A stretch of 64,000 nt of DNA from Selaginella moellendorffii (Eukaryota; Plantae; Lycopodiophyta). Positions within the stretch are counted from its first letter, which is position 1. Each line of letters opens with the position of its first letter. The notes beneath the pieces were generated by a model, which had not been told where the DNA came from, did not search any database, and saw only the letters and a program-made list of their open reading frames with translations. The DNA is taken from assembly GCF_000143415.4 (NCBI RefSeq), contig NW_003314273.1:2174597-2238596 (forward strand). The letters are read 5' to 3'. Of this stretch, positions 36,774-56,996 are shown piece by piece. Position numbers and translations under genes: made by a program.

Positions 36774-38149
36774 TTACATTCCGAGCACCACTTTCATTTG
36801 ATTCTCCCAGTGCTCCTTAACTTGCTGGACGCGCTCCACGCGCTCTTTCTTGAGTCTCTCGTCCCAGTAATCCCTGCATCTGTGACACAAACCGAGAAAA
36901 AACTTGTACACTAGCACGAAACCAAAGAAGCTGAAAACCAACCTGTTTCTGATCATCAAGTTCAACTCCGTGAGTAAAACCGCGGTCAGGTACACGCCAG
37001 GCTGCACGGGGAAAGTCAAGGACAAAAGAGAAAAGCAAAAAATAAGTTCACATTCTAACTGTGTGTTGATAGAGCTCCTTTTTACCTGTCGACAAAGCGG
37101 ACACTTGGACTCCTTGGTGGCAGACTTGACGCCTTGAATTGTTGGAATGGAAGCCGCAGAACAAGCACAGGTGTTGCAAAAGAGATGCCCGCAGCCCAGA
37201 GCGACTGGATCAAACAGCGTTTCCTAAAGGAAGAACAAAGCTCAAGCCATGAATCAACCGATATCGTCTTACCAGACAGATGGAGCACGTAAGATCCACT
37301 TCAAACGTCTGCGAGTCGACGAGAGTGCACTGGAGAGTAGCCTTGGAATCGCCAAATTCACAAGAGCAGTGTGACAGTCCCTCGGGAAAGGATAAGTTCT
37401 CACCACTGCTAGTCTCGCCATTTTCACCCTTCTGACCATCTTTTTTATCCTTGAGGTTGATGTAGAGAGCACTTAGCTCGATCAGCCATGGAGACTGGAG
37501 GAGCTCGACTTGCATGGCTTGGAGTCGTGTTCTAAAAGCTCGCCCAGCTACCGAGCAATGCACCTGGAAAGTGAAGCACCATCCAAACAGTGGAAAAAGA
37601 AGCAAGCAAGGCTTTCTAGCGAAGAAATACCTTGTCATACTTCTTTAGAATCTTGCGAATGGCGATGGCGTTCATCGAGGCATAGTTCACCAAGTTTCTT
37701 CCCTGATAGATCATCGCGCCGTGATCTCCACCAAAGTTGTGCCTCATGCGCAGTAGCATCCTCTGGAACTTGGAAGAGAGGTGGAATTCCAGGAGCTGCT
37801 GTGCGCGAGAGTTGAAACAGCCCACCACGGCGGAGATCTCCTTGAGCAAATTGGGGAAAAAATTCCCATCGCAGACTGGTTAGAAAAAAAAAAAAAAAAT
37901 CAATCGCGATGAAAATGTATGTCATACATCGCATCGAAAATCCAATTGCGAAGCCTTACCTGGACACGCAACAGGGCAATTGCACGCCAGAGACGATGGA
38001 TCCCCGGCCGATGGCGCCTTGAGGAGTTCTTGGCGGCCGCAACGCTTGAGAAGCTTCTTGTGGCGCTTGAATTCCACATACGAGCACCCCTCGAGAAGGC
38101 GCCGCCCTTCCTTCTCCACATACTCAGTGTATCTCTTCCCAAACTTCAT
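36774..38149 (-). CDS. SPX-RING E3 ubiquitin ligase (NLA/BAH1-like)
   Basis: MKFGKRY...VEFKRHKKLLK, NAIAIRKILKKYDKVH, ELLQSPWLIEL, DLTCSICL, CGHLFC, KCPLCRQ and DYWDERL. Confidence 0.93.
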
Positions 38150-38582
38150 GATCCACAACGCCGCGATCCCGATCCACACCCACAGCTCGCGATAGCGGCG
38201 AGATCGATCGGATTATCAAGAAAAGAAGAGATCGCGTTCGCGATGCGCCGGAGAGGAGGAGAGGAGGATCACATTCTCTACGCTAGCCCTAAAATCGGGA
38301 ACACGCCGCCCATGGCGCCAATACGAGCGCTCTCAAGACGGTCCGCCACTTTGAAAAGATTTTACCTTTCACTCATGGAATCTTGTTAGTCAATTATTCG
38401 TTTAAGAGTGGTGTCACTTCCTAGTTCTTATCTTCCACCATGACTAAACGTTAAGTTTCTTATATCGAAACTTGCTATTATACGGTCATGGAATTATTTA
38501 TATTAGAATATATGAAGAAATATTGTCATAGATTATATAGAGAATTTTTCTATACATGGAATTATTTTACTTTTCTCTTACG

Positions 38583-41500
38583 TTAGACGAGGCCAGTCAT
38601 GGCTCTTTGGAGGTCTTTCACTTTGGATAGTAGCAACTCTTTCTCCTTGAGGAGCTGGAGCACCAAAACCTTTTGTTCTTGCTCGGCATTCACGAGCTCC
38701 TCTAGCTGCGCTTGCATTTGATCTTTCACGTCCTCGCTATCGACCATGCTAAACAGCCTCGAGACAACTTCCTGGACCTGGAAGACGATCGCAAAACAAA
38801 ACAAAACAAAAAAAAAAACAAAGCTTAGAAACTTTCTAGCATCGATCAGCTTACGATGAGCTTACTCTTCCAGAGACTTCTTCCACTCGGCTGCTTCGTT
38901 GTCTCTCGATCGCCGGCGGGTGTTCTTGCTTCCGAAGCTCCCTCCGCGTGATCTGGATGTGGATTTGTCCCTTAGCGACCCCTTGCAACGGGATCCATCG
39001 ATCAACAGTTTGGTTTCGAGCCTGGCGCTGGTAGTCCACGGCACAGTGGCCGATCGATGCGGTTGGCAAAATTGCATTGTAGTCTTTGACGTGGAGCTCC
39101 AAAGGACTTCCATCATCTATCAGATCCATGGTCTCGTTCCACAAGGGGCTGAGGCTCCTGTATATAACCTGCATTGCAAGTTTTCCTATCTTAAACCAAG
39201 CACACGAAAGAGAAAGTTCTTAGTACCTTTGTTCGCTTCCTCACGGTACCATAGCGCACGCTAACGTATGGGTCACTAGTGCCGTTCCAGTCCGCGGCCA
39301 CAAGGTCCCTTGCTTCCACGAGAATAAGTTCTAGAATGTATGTCATGTTATGATCCTCCGTCTGAAAGAAAACACTTGTAACTCACTTAGCAAGAACAAA
39401 CAAGGTGTTTTAACTCACCTCGGAGTCCCTCGTGTCAACTGCTTCAAGAAGTAAGTGTATTTCTCCTGTGTCTATTTTCTCCAGAGGTATCCAGACGTCC
39501 CTGGGTGTGTTTGCTTCAAGGCTATGCAAGTTAATCCTCGCGCTTCCCATATTCTCGTCATTCATGAGCATGTCAGCATCGTAACACTTGATCTTTATGT
39601 ATTCTCCATCCCCGTATTCGTCGAACTCGAACTCCTGGTTCCAAACGGGATTGAGATTTTGTTGAATTGTCTTCGTTTTCCTTTGAATCTGTAAGTCCCA
39701 AATAAGCTCTTTACAAAGACAGTAAGAGATCAGTAGTACCTTGTTATATTGCAGTTTCAAGTAAGGGTCACTTTTTCCGCTCCTATCTTTTGGTGCTAGA
39801 TTCCTTCCTTCAACTACTGTGACTTTGATCTTTCTGCCCGTGAGGTACCGCGTGCTTCGAAAAGCATCTAACTGCAAGAGTGGTGTCTGAGAATTTTTTG
39901 GATCGTCCGCGAAACACCATTCTTTTAGAACTAATTTCACGGTTATCTGTTCAGTCATATAAAGTTAGCACCGCGTTAAGGCAATAAAAGAGGAAGAATA
40001 AATAATTACCTCCCCAGATTTGTCCTCAATAGGAACAACCAGTTGAACTTCTCTGTCACACTGATCAACATGAGCGGCAATAACTCCGGGCTTTCGTCCT
40101 ACAGCCCAAAATGTTGTGGAACCATCGAACACGTACTTGAACTGTTCCAACATAAACGTAAGAACTCAGTGATATCACAAGGACACGTCACCTTTATCTC
40201 GCATGTCCCTAGAAAGTCGGATTTAACTGACTGAAACCTTTGTTCGTAGACGTTCAAATGCAGTGTTGCCTCGCTACCGTGAAAAACCATGGTGATCGGA
40301 GCGTCCCACGTCGACTTTGGAGATGTCCCAGTCCTCCTCGAGAGATTTCCAAGAGTTAGCTCGACAAATGTTCCGCTGAAACTGCTGCCGTTGCTGGAAT
40401 ATCTGTCACCTGCTGTCATCCTGGAGCTGTTTTCTGGCCTGGGTATGTTTGCAGCCGTCAGCACGGATACTGAAAGTACACCACCGGTGACACGCTTTTT
40501 CGAATCCCGTACAGGTAGGGAAAAGCATCGCATTCGGGGTTCAACCATTGTACGATTCAAGGTATCTAGAAGTAGCTTCTCCTGAAAGGGCAACGAAAGG
40601 ACGGTGTAAAGAAATGCTTGACTAAGGAACTGCAAGACAAACCAGCCATGACGAAACGACAGGAAGTTCAGTAGCAGGAAGATGCTGGTTTCCGCTGCCG
40701 AATGCAACACCAAGTTTTACATCTGGTGTCGACTCAAACGCATATAATATAGCTTGTCCGTCAAGTATAGGAACAAGCCGGAGCTGAAAAGAAATGAAAA
40801 CGTCTGAGAGCTTAAACATCAACGGAAAGGAAAGAACGTTAAACTTACATCACCTCTTACTTGAATAGAGTTTATGTTTATACGTGCTACCTTCCCGGCA
40901 AAAGGAGCTGACAATTTCGCAGCGAGGAGAACGCTCATTTCATTGCTGACCCATTCGAATCCCATATGCAAAACTGGCTGAAAACATCCCAAATGCAATC
41001 AGAAAGTAAGGATAAGAATTAAATGGTTCCAACCTGGCAGTCTTCCAATGACCAGAATGTTCTTTGGAGCCCAAAGAGAGGAGGAGCTTTGCCCAGATCG
41101 AAATCATGCACTTCAATGGTTTGCTGCATATGACAACCACAACTGATTAACACATGAATCTAATAAAAACACCAAGAACAAAACTTACAATCGGCCTGGG
41201 CTTCTTCTCTTTGACTCTTCGCTAAAAGAGCACAAACAAATGTTGGCGGTATAGTAACGAAAACAAACCATACCTGTACAAGCGTTCGAAATCTCGAGGA
41301 CAACCTTTTCTCCAGATAGTTTGGCCATATACACAAGACAAGCTTGTTAAACCACTCACAAGGCTCCAAAGGCGTGGTTGGCTGAGCAAATTCACGCGTT
41401 AGCGACGATCGAAAGCTTCAATCAAATTACCTGTGTGCAGAGAAAATGTCGCTTCCATCGGTTGTTTAGATCCTCCACAATCTGTTGCTGTCGATACCGT

Positions 41501-41817
41501 CCATACTAAAAACTCGATGGTTTTAATAACGAACTAAAGTTCTAAAGACTTACCTGAATAGTCGCCCACACCGTGACACACACCGGGACCCAATTCGAGA
41601 ATGGAACGATCCATCTCTCCAGCGCCCACGCTAGAAGAAACACTGGTATGAGGAAGGGAAGGATCGGCTTGTCCCGGATCAAATGCTGCCAAACGCCAGT
41701 AAATTCGCTACTGTGCCGCCGCCCGCCGCTCCCCACATACTGCCGAGGAAGGAATCTACCATAATCCACCCCATTTGCTTCCCGGATGACAGTCCCCACG
41801 AACTGATTCCTCGCCAT
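38583..41817 (-). CDS. Synaptotagmin-like SMP/multi-C2 membrane protein (SYT6/NTMC2T3-like)
   Basis: N-terminal TM LPFLIPVFLLAWALERW...NWVP, SMP start EPCEWFNKL, C2 motifs VVEGRNLAPKDRSGKSDPY and VEARDLVAADWNGTSDPY, C-terminal coiled coil. Confidence 0.9.
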
Positions 41818-42183
41818 CGCCGATCGATCCACTAGAGCTCCAAAACCCCTGCGAAATCTTACATTGCTGGAATTTCTTGGCGGATCTTTCTTAAAACCCT
41901 AGAGAAGCCGCTCGGTATTCCGCCAAAGCTCGTGTACTAGGCCATTTCATCTTTGGCGGCCCCGCCAACACTCCAAAGTTGACCGGCGGCGCCGCCAAGC
42001 GGCATATTACGTCAGTTTAAAGCACATTCTGTCTCTTTATTTTCTAGGGTTCTTAGTTTTCCATGTGGCCGGACATGGTTGGAGCATGCTTATAGCGCGC
42101 GGGGATCTGTGGTTTGTCCGGAAGATTGCTGCTGTTGTGCTGATTCACGGCTTCTAGCGCGCTGCTCGATCGCGCTATCCAGC

Positions 42184-44512
42184 ATGGAGATCTACACGAC
42201 AGGAATCGTAAGCTCCTTCGTTCCATTTTTTCCAAAAATCTCGGCATTTCTTGTAAATGTATGAGCTACATTGTTTGTGTGTGATGCAGCTCTCGCCGAA
42301 ATCCTCTCGAAGCACAAAGGTACGCTCCCTAGATGACTTTTTGGTCGTTTCTTATTCAATACATTTTTTTTCCAGGATGGTTTTGGAACTTCTACGGACT
42401 ACTCGGATCGGCAGCTTACAAGCCGGGAGTCCAATCTCAGCGAGTAAGAATTTCAAGTTTGCGTAGTTCTGTTTCATTCTCATTCTTTCTTTGGTGGGAT
42501 GGTTCTCAGGCTATGGTCGAAAACACCATTCCAAATGCCTCCCGACGAAGAGGTGTTGAGGATGAGGTCTTTGGAGAAGGAGAAGCTCAAGGAGCAAAAG
42601 AGAAGGGAAAATCTGCTCCCAGTTGCTGAGAGGACTACGTTTGCTTCAAAACTTGGTTCTACGCGATGGTCCAAGGAACTTAGACAAGTATGCTTTTTCC
42701 AACTTTTCATTCTTCTTTACCGATTTGGCTTGCTTTTGCAGGACATGATAGATATCGACGAGCAAATTTCAAAAGAGATGGAGAAGCTCCGGAGCGTGAC
42801 AATACTTCCGGTGGAACACTACCACAAAGAAAAAGAGAATATGGCCGAGTTCATTGCCAAGAAACGGGAAATTTTTCTGGTGCAAATGAGCTTGGACACG
42901 AAGAGGGCGGAGATCAGGAAGCTGGAAGACAAAATTTTCCAGAGAGAGGAGGTAAACAATTCTCTTTTACTTTATATCAAAGACCTTTTCAGGCTTTAAG
43001 GAAAAGCGAGGAAATGCTTGCAGAGGACAGCTTAGAGTTTGATGCGTTTCTAAAGAAGAACGATGAGAAGGTAAGGCCCACAAAAAGATTTCTCAAATCA
43101 TAAAAGCAAGATGTTCATTTTGCCAGGTGCAAGAGGCTATCAGGAAGGCTGAAATGCAAACAAGGCTCAAGCAGGACAAGGCATGCGACCATCATACTCA
43201 TAAAATAACAAGGAGTTCCACTTCTCATCCACGATAACAAACTTCGCAATATAGGTTGCGGAGGCAAAAAGGTTGAACAGCAATATTTCAGCTCTGAAGC
43301 GAGATCTCAACAAGGTAAAGTTCGCTTTCATAGAGAGGAGCCCTGCTAAAACATTCCAGGTTGCTGCAGTATAAGGAGCAACTGGACGAATGTAAGAAGT
43401 ACAAGGACTTCCTTGTAAGCCTTACGCCAAAAGAGTGGTTTGAAGAGCAAGCGCAGCAGAAAATATCACAGAAAAAGGAACCAGCAGCAGCTGAGAGTAC
43501 CTCGGAATCTGGAGGTGATATTGTCTCTTTCATTGACATTCATTTATCTAATCAATGGGAGATGTAACATTAGATGGAGACGATGGCGAACAGGAGCAAA
43601 TGTTTTTCCGCCATCCAAGCCAGGTCTGTTTTGTACATTTTAATTCCAAATATCTCAACTCTCTCGCAGCAAAATACTGCAGCTCTTGGAAATCTTTACC
43701 GAGCTTGAGGAGAAGAACTTGACGTTAATGCAAGAGTGTCAAGACAGTGAAAATGCTCTTGAAGATCTCAGAACCAAACTTCGGGAGACTAGAGCAACGA
43801 ATGACAACAAGCTTGGGAACCTACGCCTCCAACTTCAAGTACATCTTTTCTTTTTATCGCGTTTCTCTGAGTAACTTCAAAGTCAATGACACCGCCAGAG
43901 CTTGAGAGTGTCACTGAGGGGTCAAGAAGAGTCACAAAGCAGGCTGCAAAACAAGACGCTTCTGAATATGGTCGACCGCAAGTATGAAATAACGTCCGAA
44001 GACATTATGGCCAAGGTAGCAGAGGTCTATGCGAGATCCGGATTCGAAATTGACCCTTCGCTGGGTGTGATACAAATGCTGACGAACATTGAGGTTCGTT
44101 TTTACTTCCGTCCTTTCCCTTGTCGTCCTGACCGCGTAGTAAATATGTTCCAGTCGAGGCTTGAAGAGAATGTGATCGCGCTGGAAGGGATTCCTCAAGA
44201 CTTCATAGAACAAACGGAGAAGAGCCGGGAGAAGGAAAGGCGACTTAAAGTTCGTGCCGAGAGGCTGGAGAAAGTGAGGGAGGAGCAAGAAAGACGAGCA
44301 ATGAGGAGCTTAGAACGAGCACAGGTGAAACTTCTCTGTGTTTTTTCGGAAGAAGCTAACAGTGATACTGCCAGGCTCCTGTTCACAAGAGAATTGGAAA
44401 GCCAGTGATGTTTCGATCATTTCTCAAGAAGAAAAAGAAGGAGAAAGTCGAGGATGTGAGCAAAAGTGGAGACGAAAAGGACTTGCTGGACTTCCTGGCT
44501 CGAGCATACTGA
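42184..44512 (+). CDS. CFAP100: Cilia- and flagella-associated protein 100 (CCDC37/FAP100-like)
   Basis: KENMAEFIAKKREIFLVQMSLDTKRAEIRKLE, FDAFLKKNDEKVQEAIRKAE, YKDFLVSLTPKEW, IFTELEEKNLTLMQECQ and GKPVMFRS. Start codon is tentative. Confidence 0.88.
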
Positions 44513-44919
44513 TAAGTTCTTGGTTTTCTCCGCGAGGTACTTGCCGTAAGGTAAGGCATGTTTTAAATTCTCTAGCCAGTCGTTGTAGAATATAACATGC
44601 TCGTGAATTCATTCAAGTTTTTATTTTTTTCTTTTGTACAGATTCCATGGAATCGTGATTCGTGAGTGTAAGTAAGCCAAAAGAAAACGGCCCAAAACAT
44701 TGAAATCGCCATGCCAATCACCGGAGCATTCAATTTCCCACCATCTTTCTTTCTCACTCCTTTCGTTCCTTTTCTATTTTCCCAGCTAGCTAACCATCGC
44801 CACCATTAACTCTTGCCAATCAATGGCGACCATCGTCTCGTTGTCCTGAGCAAGAAGAGAGGTATTGTCCGTCCGGAGAAGAAAGCGAGAGTGGTCGAAT
44901 TTTGGTTTCTCATCCTCTC

Positions 44920-47174
44920 ATGGAGACCATTCACGAAGCTTGCGAGGAATCGTCTTCCCAGGCTGGAGATGAAGATAATCTTCCGAGCGTCGACTTTGGT
45001 GCACGTAGATCGGCAATGGAGAACAGCTCTTGCAGCAGGTGGAGAGGTTTCTACGTTTGATCTATCCTGACGATGTCTTTCCAGGTGCAAAGCTTTGGGA
45101 TCTCTCCAGTTCTTCAAGGTCTATGCTGGTCACAGCCATCTCGCGTTCCACAAGGTCGGTTTGTTTTCTTCCTGGCGACGGAACAAAAATGAAAAAGCTT
45201 GGTTGTTTGTGAGCAGTGTTTATTGGCTTCGAAGAGTGGATACCTGTCGAGGGTCTTGAAGAATTCTTCTCGGTTCAAGCTGCCCATGGATTTTCCAGGA
45301 GGAATGGAAGTGTTTGAGGCGGTGGTAGGCTTGTGTGAGAGCAACACTGGCAGCAGGACCAATGCCGCCACCAAAAATCCGCTTTTGGAACCGTCCAACG
45401 TTGTCATCCTCCACTGCGCGGCCGAGTACCTGGAAATGAACAGCGGAGCAGGAAGCCTGTGTGAGACAACGAGCTTTCACCTCAACCAGGCACTCACAAG
45501 TTGGTCGGACTCCATCCAAGTTCTCTCGAGTTGCTACTCCGGACAGCCCGAGTTGCTACAGCTCGCCGAGGAGCTCTTCATCGTCCAAAGATGCGTCGAG
45601 TCGCTGGCTTCGATGGTTTGCAGCGAGTTTGAGCAGAGCTGGATCATGGGCAGCAGCAGAGTCACAGCCAGATCGAAGCTCTGGATCAAGGACTTGATGC
45701 GGATGCCTTTCAGGATCTTCAGCCGGATCATCGTGAGTTGCACGAAGCAGGGACTCTCTCCCAAGAACACGAGCCAGCTGGTGGTCAAGTACGCAGAAAA
45801 ATGGCTCTTTTCTGAGAGCTGCTGCTCCGACTTTGACGAGAACGACGAGCAGCGATCCCTGACCGACGAGCTCCTCCAGGAGATGCTCGATTGCATCGCC
45901 CACCTCCTCCCATTCGAGAGAGGCGCGGTGCCAATCAGCTTCCTCTTCGCGCTGCTCAGATACTCGGTCGCGATCGATGCCCCGCGCGACTGCCGCGTCC
46001 AGATCGAGAGCCGGATCGCCTGTCAGCTGGACCTGGCCACCATCGAGGATCTTCTCATGCCTTTCAAATCCGCCCGCCAGGCCCCGACGCTGCTGTGCGA
46101 GCTCGACAGCATGAAGCACATCGTCGCGCTCTTCATGGCCCAGTGCCGGGCAGTGGATTCGAGCACCGGACTGGCCAACTGGGAGCCCATTGCCAACGTG
46201 GCTAGGGTGTGGGACGAGTACCTGACGGAGATTGGATATTCTGGCAGCATCACGCCGACGAAGTTCGCGGAGCTCATTGATGCCGTGCCCGGATTCGTCC
46301 GCGTGTCCCACGACCAGCTCTACAAGGCCATCCACGTCTTCCTCAAGGTACTACCGAGAGCCGTTGGATCCCCGTGCTAATCTCGTGACTATTCCGTGTG
46401 TGGTAGGCGCATCCCACGGCTTCCCAGTCGGAACGCTCGGCGATTTGTCGGCCGTTGGATTGCCAGAAGCTCTCCCAAGAGGTTTGCATCCATGCCGTCC
46501 AGAACGAGCTCATGCCGCTGAGGACGATCGTCCAAGCCATGTTTGTCCAGCAGCACCACACGAGAAGAGAGATGGATCATCAATTCACGCGAGGCCCGAC
46601 GCGATCCACCAAGAACAAAGGCGTCGATCATCTCGATCTCTACGAGTATCATCAAGCGGAAGGGGGATGCGAGGAAATCCTGCCGTTCCTCGCGAGCTTG
46701 AAGCGCGAGAGAGACGATCACGACTTGAAAGCCAATCTGGAGGTGACAAATTCGAAGCTCGAGAGCCTGGAGCAGCAGCTCTTGATGATCCGGAGAGCCC
46801 TGGAAGAATCGAGCCACATTCCAGCGGCGGCAGCGGCGGAAAGATCAAGTAGCGGCGGCGTTGGGCGAAAGATCTCCAAGGCGATCCACAAAGTAGGCCT
46901 CTTGAGCGGCCTCTGCAAGGGGAATCCCCAGATGATCGTGGCGATGAATCCCGCGGAGCGATGCTTTCCCAATCGCAGTATCATCCACCCCGAGGACTAT
47001 CACCTGCTTGGCGGAGAATCCATCGCGCAAGCTCCTCCCCGGCGATCTACATCGTCCCGCGACGACGCCGCCACAGCAGCAGCATCAAATCCCCTCGCCA
47101 AGAACGCACAATCCACAGCAAGGCGGCATTCCCATTCCCATTCCTCCCAATCTTCACGGTACTCCACGTCCTGA
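44920..47174 (+). CDS. BTB/POZ-NPH3 family protein
   Basis: LLASKSGYL...DFPGGMEVFE, LHCAAEYLEM, QLDLATIEDLL, VARVWDEYLTEI, HDQLYKAI and DCQKLSQEVCIHAVQNELMPLR. 5' exons are uncertain. Confidence 0.9.
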
Positions 47175-47923
47175 CCAGGAGAAGCCCTAAAAACAGCATG
47201 GTTAAAACCCTCATAAATAACTGCCTTGATCCCAGCCGTCCATCGCCGCATCGACGGTGGGGGATCCACCGGGAGAAAATAACGAGCCGGTGGACCCGAA
47301 TCCGACGGTGCCGCGCGCGCCACGTCACTGGAAGACGGCCGACGGAGACGGCGAAAGGCGCCGGCGGCAGCACAAACATTCCCCTATTAGGGCCCTTCTA
47401 TTGGGGTTGATTTTTATCGTGGAGAAGGCAAGGGCGCCTTAGGTCATCCTCGCTTTCGTGGGCAATCTAGGGCACGTATTCCCACCAGTTATTAGGGTTT
47501 CGGATCCAGCGATAGCTCGGATTGGGGAACCGGGTTCCCATCCAGCAAAAGGCGCAAATTTCGATTTCGAAAATATTTCATCCTCTCCGTCTCGGATTCC
47601 CTCACGGCCGCGATCGATCGGCGCCTCCACAGCTGAAATTCTCGCCGCGATGCCGAGGTAGCGATTCGGCAGCTGGAAATCGCATCAGGTGAGGGGGTTC
47701 CTCCCGATTCTCTCCCTCCCGGCTGCCTGAGTTGGGGTTTAGGACTCTGGAGAGGCCTTCTTGCAGCATTTGTGTGGCTGGAAATCCATTTAGGCATTCT
47801 TTGCTTGACGAATATTTGGCGAGCTCCTCGATTCACTACACTATCAGCTTCAGGGCTCTTAAGAGTTTTTTTTCCTTCGATCCAGGTGGTGTGGGAGCAT
47901 TTAATCGCCGCTGATACCTCCCT

Positions 47924-54116
<6,193 letters not shown>

Positions 54117-55639
54117 CTTTGGGAGATTCTTACAACGGGGCGAGCAGCACAGAGAGAAAGAAGATCGCGCGGAATAACAAAACCAGAGATGGCCACACAC
54201 ACACACATAAGAAAAAAGAAATTTTTTGGGGATGCAAAAAGAGTCGCTTCGATCGAACGAGATGGTGATGACGATTTGCCGTGGTGGCCGAGAGAATTGT
54301 ACAGGAGGGGGGATTGTCCATACAGGAGGAGAAAATGGAATGGAATTCCACACACGCAAAAGCTTGTATTTCTTGACAATCCTCGTCGACAAAAGTCCTA
54401 TTTTTTGTTCTTGTTCTTGTCAAGCCAGGCGTTGATCTCTTCCTCGGTTGGAGAGAGCGTCTTGTTCTTGGTGGTACGCTGAAAAAACACGAAGAACTTG
54501 AGATATCTTCGTTCCATTTTTTATCTTCTTTTTTATCAGAGATCGGGAGTTTTTTTTTTCCTTGTGTACATCGAACTTAGCTTTTGAAGCGTCCAGGGAA
54601 ATAGGCCAGCTCGGCTTTCCTACTACTTTGAGATGGCCATAATCACAGATCAAAGTTCGCAGAAAAAGAAAGAAGCCTTCTCTCATCCTGGTCTTTTCTT
54701 TTTGTATTTTACTTTTCTAGATGGCAACTTGAGAAACTTAAACGTGACCTTCACAACAAATGATGCTGTTGCTGCCGGTATGAGGTATCTTTCTCAAGAC
54801 CTTTTCCTCCGAAGTCTTGCGTTGCTAATCCCTCTGTCCCGATGCTTAGGGAGAACACAAACTAATAATCTCCAAGGATGTGAAGGTTCCCCTATATCGA
54901 CTTCATAATCCTAACGGGAAGTATGGAACTTTTCCTTTCAGTTAACTTGATTTTGCAGTCTCTCTATAAACTCTGGCCAGAATCCGTTTGTTTTAGACGT
55001 GGAGGTAAGGTGAAGTGTGAGCCGCAGGTGAGACGACCATTTTGATCTGGTTCTTTTTTCGTAAACATTCCAGCATTTTGGGTGCATACTTGCTACTTTA
55101 CAGACACCAAAGGTGAGATTTCCATTTCATGCAATCGTGTTCTAAGGCTGCGAGGATAATCACGCCACTTCGACAAGTGGCTTGTTAGATTCAAGGCCAA
55201 CAAGCCTGATTAAGCAGTACGACAATGTTACTCTTCCCTATCACCCCAAGGTGGTGGTGCTGTTTCCAATGGATTATTATACGCACAGCTTTGCTGAGGT
55301 ATAAACGTAAAGGACATCGAAGAGGACATATCCCCAACAGATCCCGGGCTTTGGAATCTGGAGGCCCAATGAGATGCTGACGTCGCTGGGAAGTTTTAGG
55401 CATTATCCCTCTGGAATCAAGCCCGGGGTTTCTGCTGTGATGAAGCGTAGCATATTAAAATGCCCGGTCACTGGGGCATGTAGTGTAGGATTCCCTCTGG
55501 TGCATGAGGCTGCGGTATTTGGGCTGATCCCCCACAGCCAAGAGCCCGAGGCCTCCATTTTCTTAAAACTAAAACTAAGAAGCAGCTTTTGGTTTTCTGT
55601 TTCTGAGGATATTAGCACAATAGGAACATGAAAACTAGT

Positions 55640-56616
55640 TCTATCAGTGCTAGTATTGAATGACAAATGAGAAGAAATTTGTATACTGGATTTTTCATTG
55701 GTATAGTTGCAGCGATCATCTCCTTTGCAGTCATGGGCGTTTCAACGTACTGAATCAGCAATAGTTCGCTTATGATCCTGCAAAAGAAAGAAAAAAGGAT
55801 GAACTCCAAACCCAGGGATACAGAAAGTTTGCTCATATGCCTTCGCTCTGTAGTTCCACAAGCGACCTTGTGAACCCAGTCCACCTTTCATCATTGAAGA
55901 AGAAAACAAACTTAGAAGGAAGTCGAGAGAAAGAAAAGAATGTACTTACCCTTGGATGCCGAGTAGATCGGATACAAAAGGACAAGAAAGAGTCCGCCAG
56001 TCGAAGCGAGATTCAAGATGGCTACTCCAGGACTGTCTTGGGACCTCATAGCTTGGATCTGTTCAAGTGTTTTAAAGGTATCAGCGGAAATTACTGCTTG
56101 GCTTGTGCATTTGATGGCTGCCATGAGGTTCACCCTACCCTCAAGACCTTACACCATTTGTCATCGCTCACGAAGTCCCTCTCCTCGACGATCCCTGCAC
56201 AGTTGACGCACACATCCAGTCTCAAGAACGTCTCCTTGTGCTCCTTGAATGCCTTTGCGACTTGCTCTACAGGAGGAAAATATCTAACTGGGAAAAGGAA
56301 TGCTGAAGTATCTCTCTCACCTGGATCGCAGACATCAGACTCAACAAAGATGGCAAACGTAGGATTCGGATTCGTCGGCTCTCTTACCAAGCTCAGGGTT
56401 CACAGCCCATTCTTACATACAATTGTGATGTTTCCACCGCGCCTCGCAAGGTCCAGCGCCCTCCCTGGAAAAGACAGTTCGATCGAGTGAAATTGAGCTG
56501 ATGACGCTTATTCTCTCCGCTTTTTTTCTCTTTGCTGTGTGTGCCAACAGAAGAGACACAGCAATGCCAGATCCAGCACCAGTGATGCCGATGCAAGAGC
56601 CACCTCTAACCTTCAT
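55640..56616 (-). pseudogene. SDR domain of an ARP/NADPH:quinone oxidoreductase-like gene, pseudogene copy A
   Basis: GITGAGSGI, FVESDV, LDVCVNCAGI, ILNLASTGGL...PIYSASK (YxxxK), with frameshifts. Confidence 0.75.
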
Positions 56617-56683
56617 CTTCTGCTCCTCCAAGAATGCATTATAGATGAGTTACAATTTTTGCCAGCCTGCTCAAAAAAAATTT

Positions 56684-56892
56684 AGTACGAAGGAGTGATG
56701 TGTTCGAATCCGTGCCCCAACATGCTTGGGAAAATAAAAGGGAGTGATCAGTTTGTTTTATTTAAGGGTCCCTCTTCTTCGGGTGGGTTCGAACCCGGGA
56801 TCGGCTCTACAAGACTATCCCTCGGCCCCTGGGCTGGCCAGTCTTCCCAGGGTTGATCACTTGAAAAATATTGCGCCCCTCCTCTACATAAC
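56684..56892 (+). repeat. ~200 bp direct repeat, copy 1
   Basis: Matches 59783-59963 with small indels. Contains GTTCGAATCC and GGTTCGAACCC. Confidence 0.9.
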
Positions 56893-56996
56893 TCGTGAGC
56901 TAAACTTAGTTTGGTTTAAGCCTTGGAACGAATATTCTAGCGAGAAGAAGAATATTGTGTCAGAGCATGGGTATGAACACGTCGAGTTTCTATGTT

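Noticed and set aside
45556-46335. 259-aa antisense ORF
   Set aside because: Reverse-frame shadow of the GC-rich NPH3 exon.
56700-56800. tRNA gene (GTTCGA motifs)
   Set aside because: No A-box, acceptor stem or cloverleaf found.
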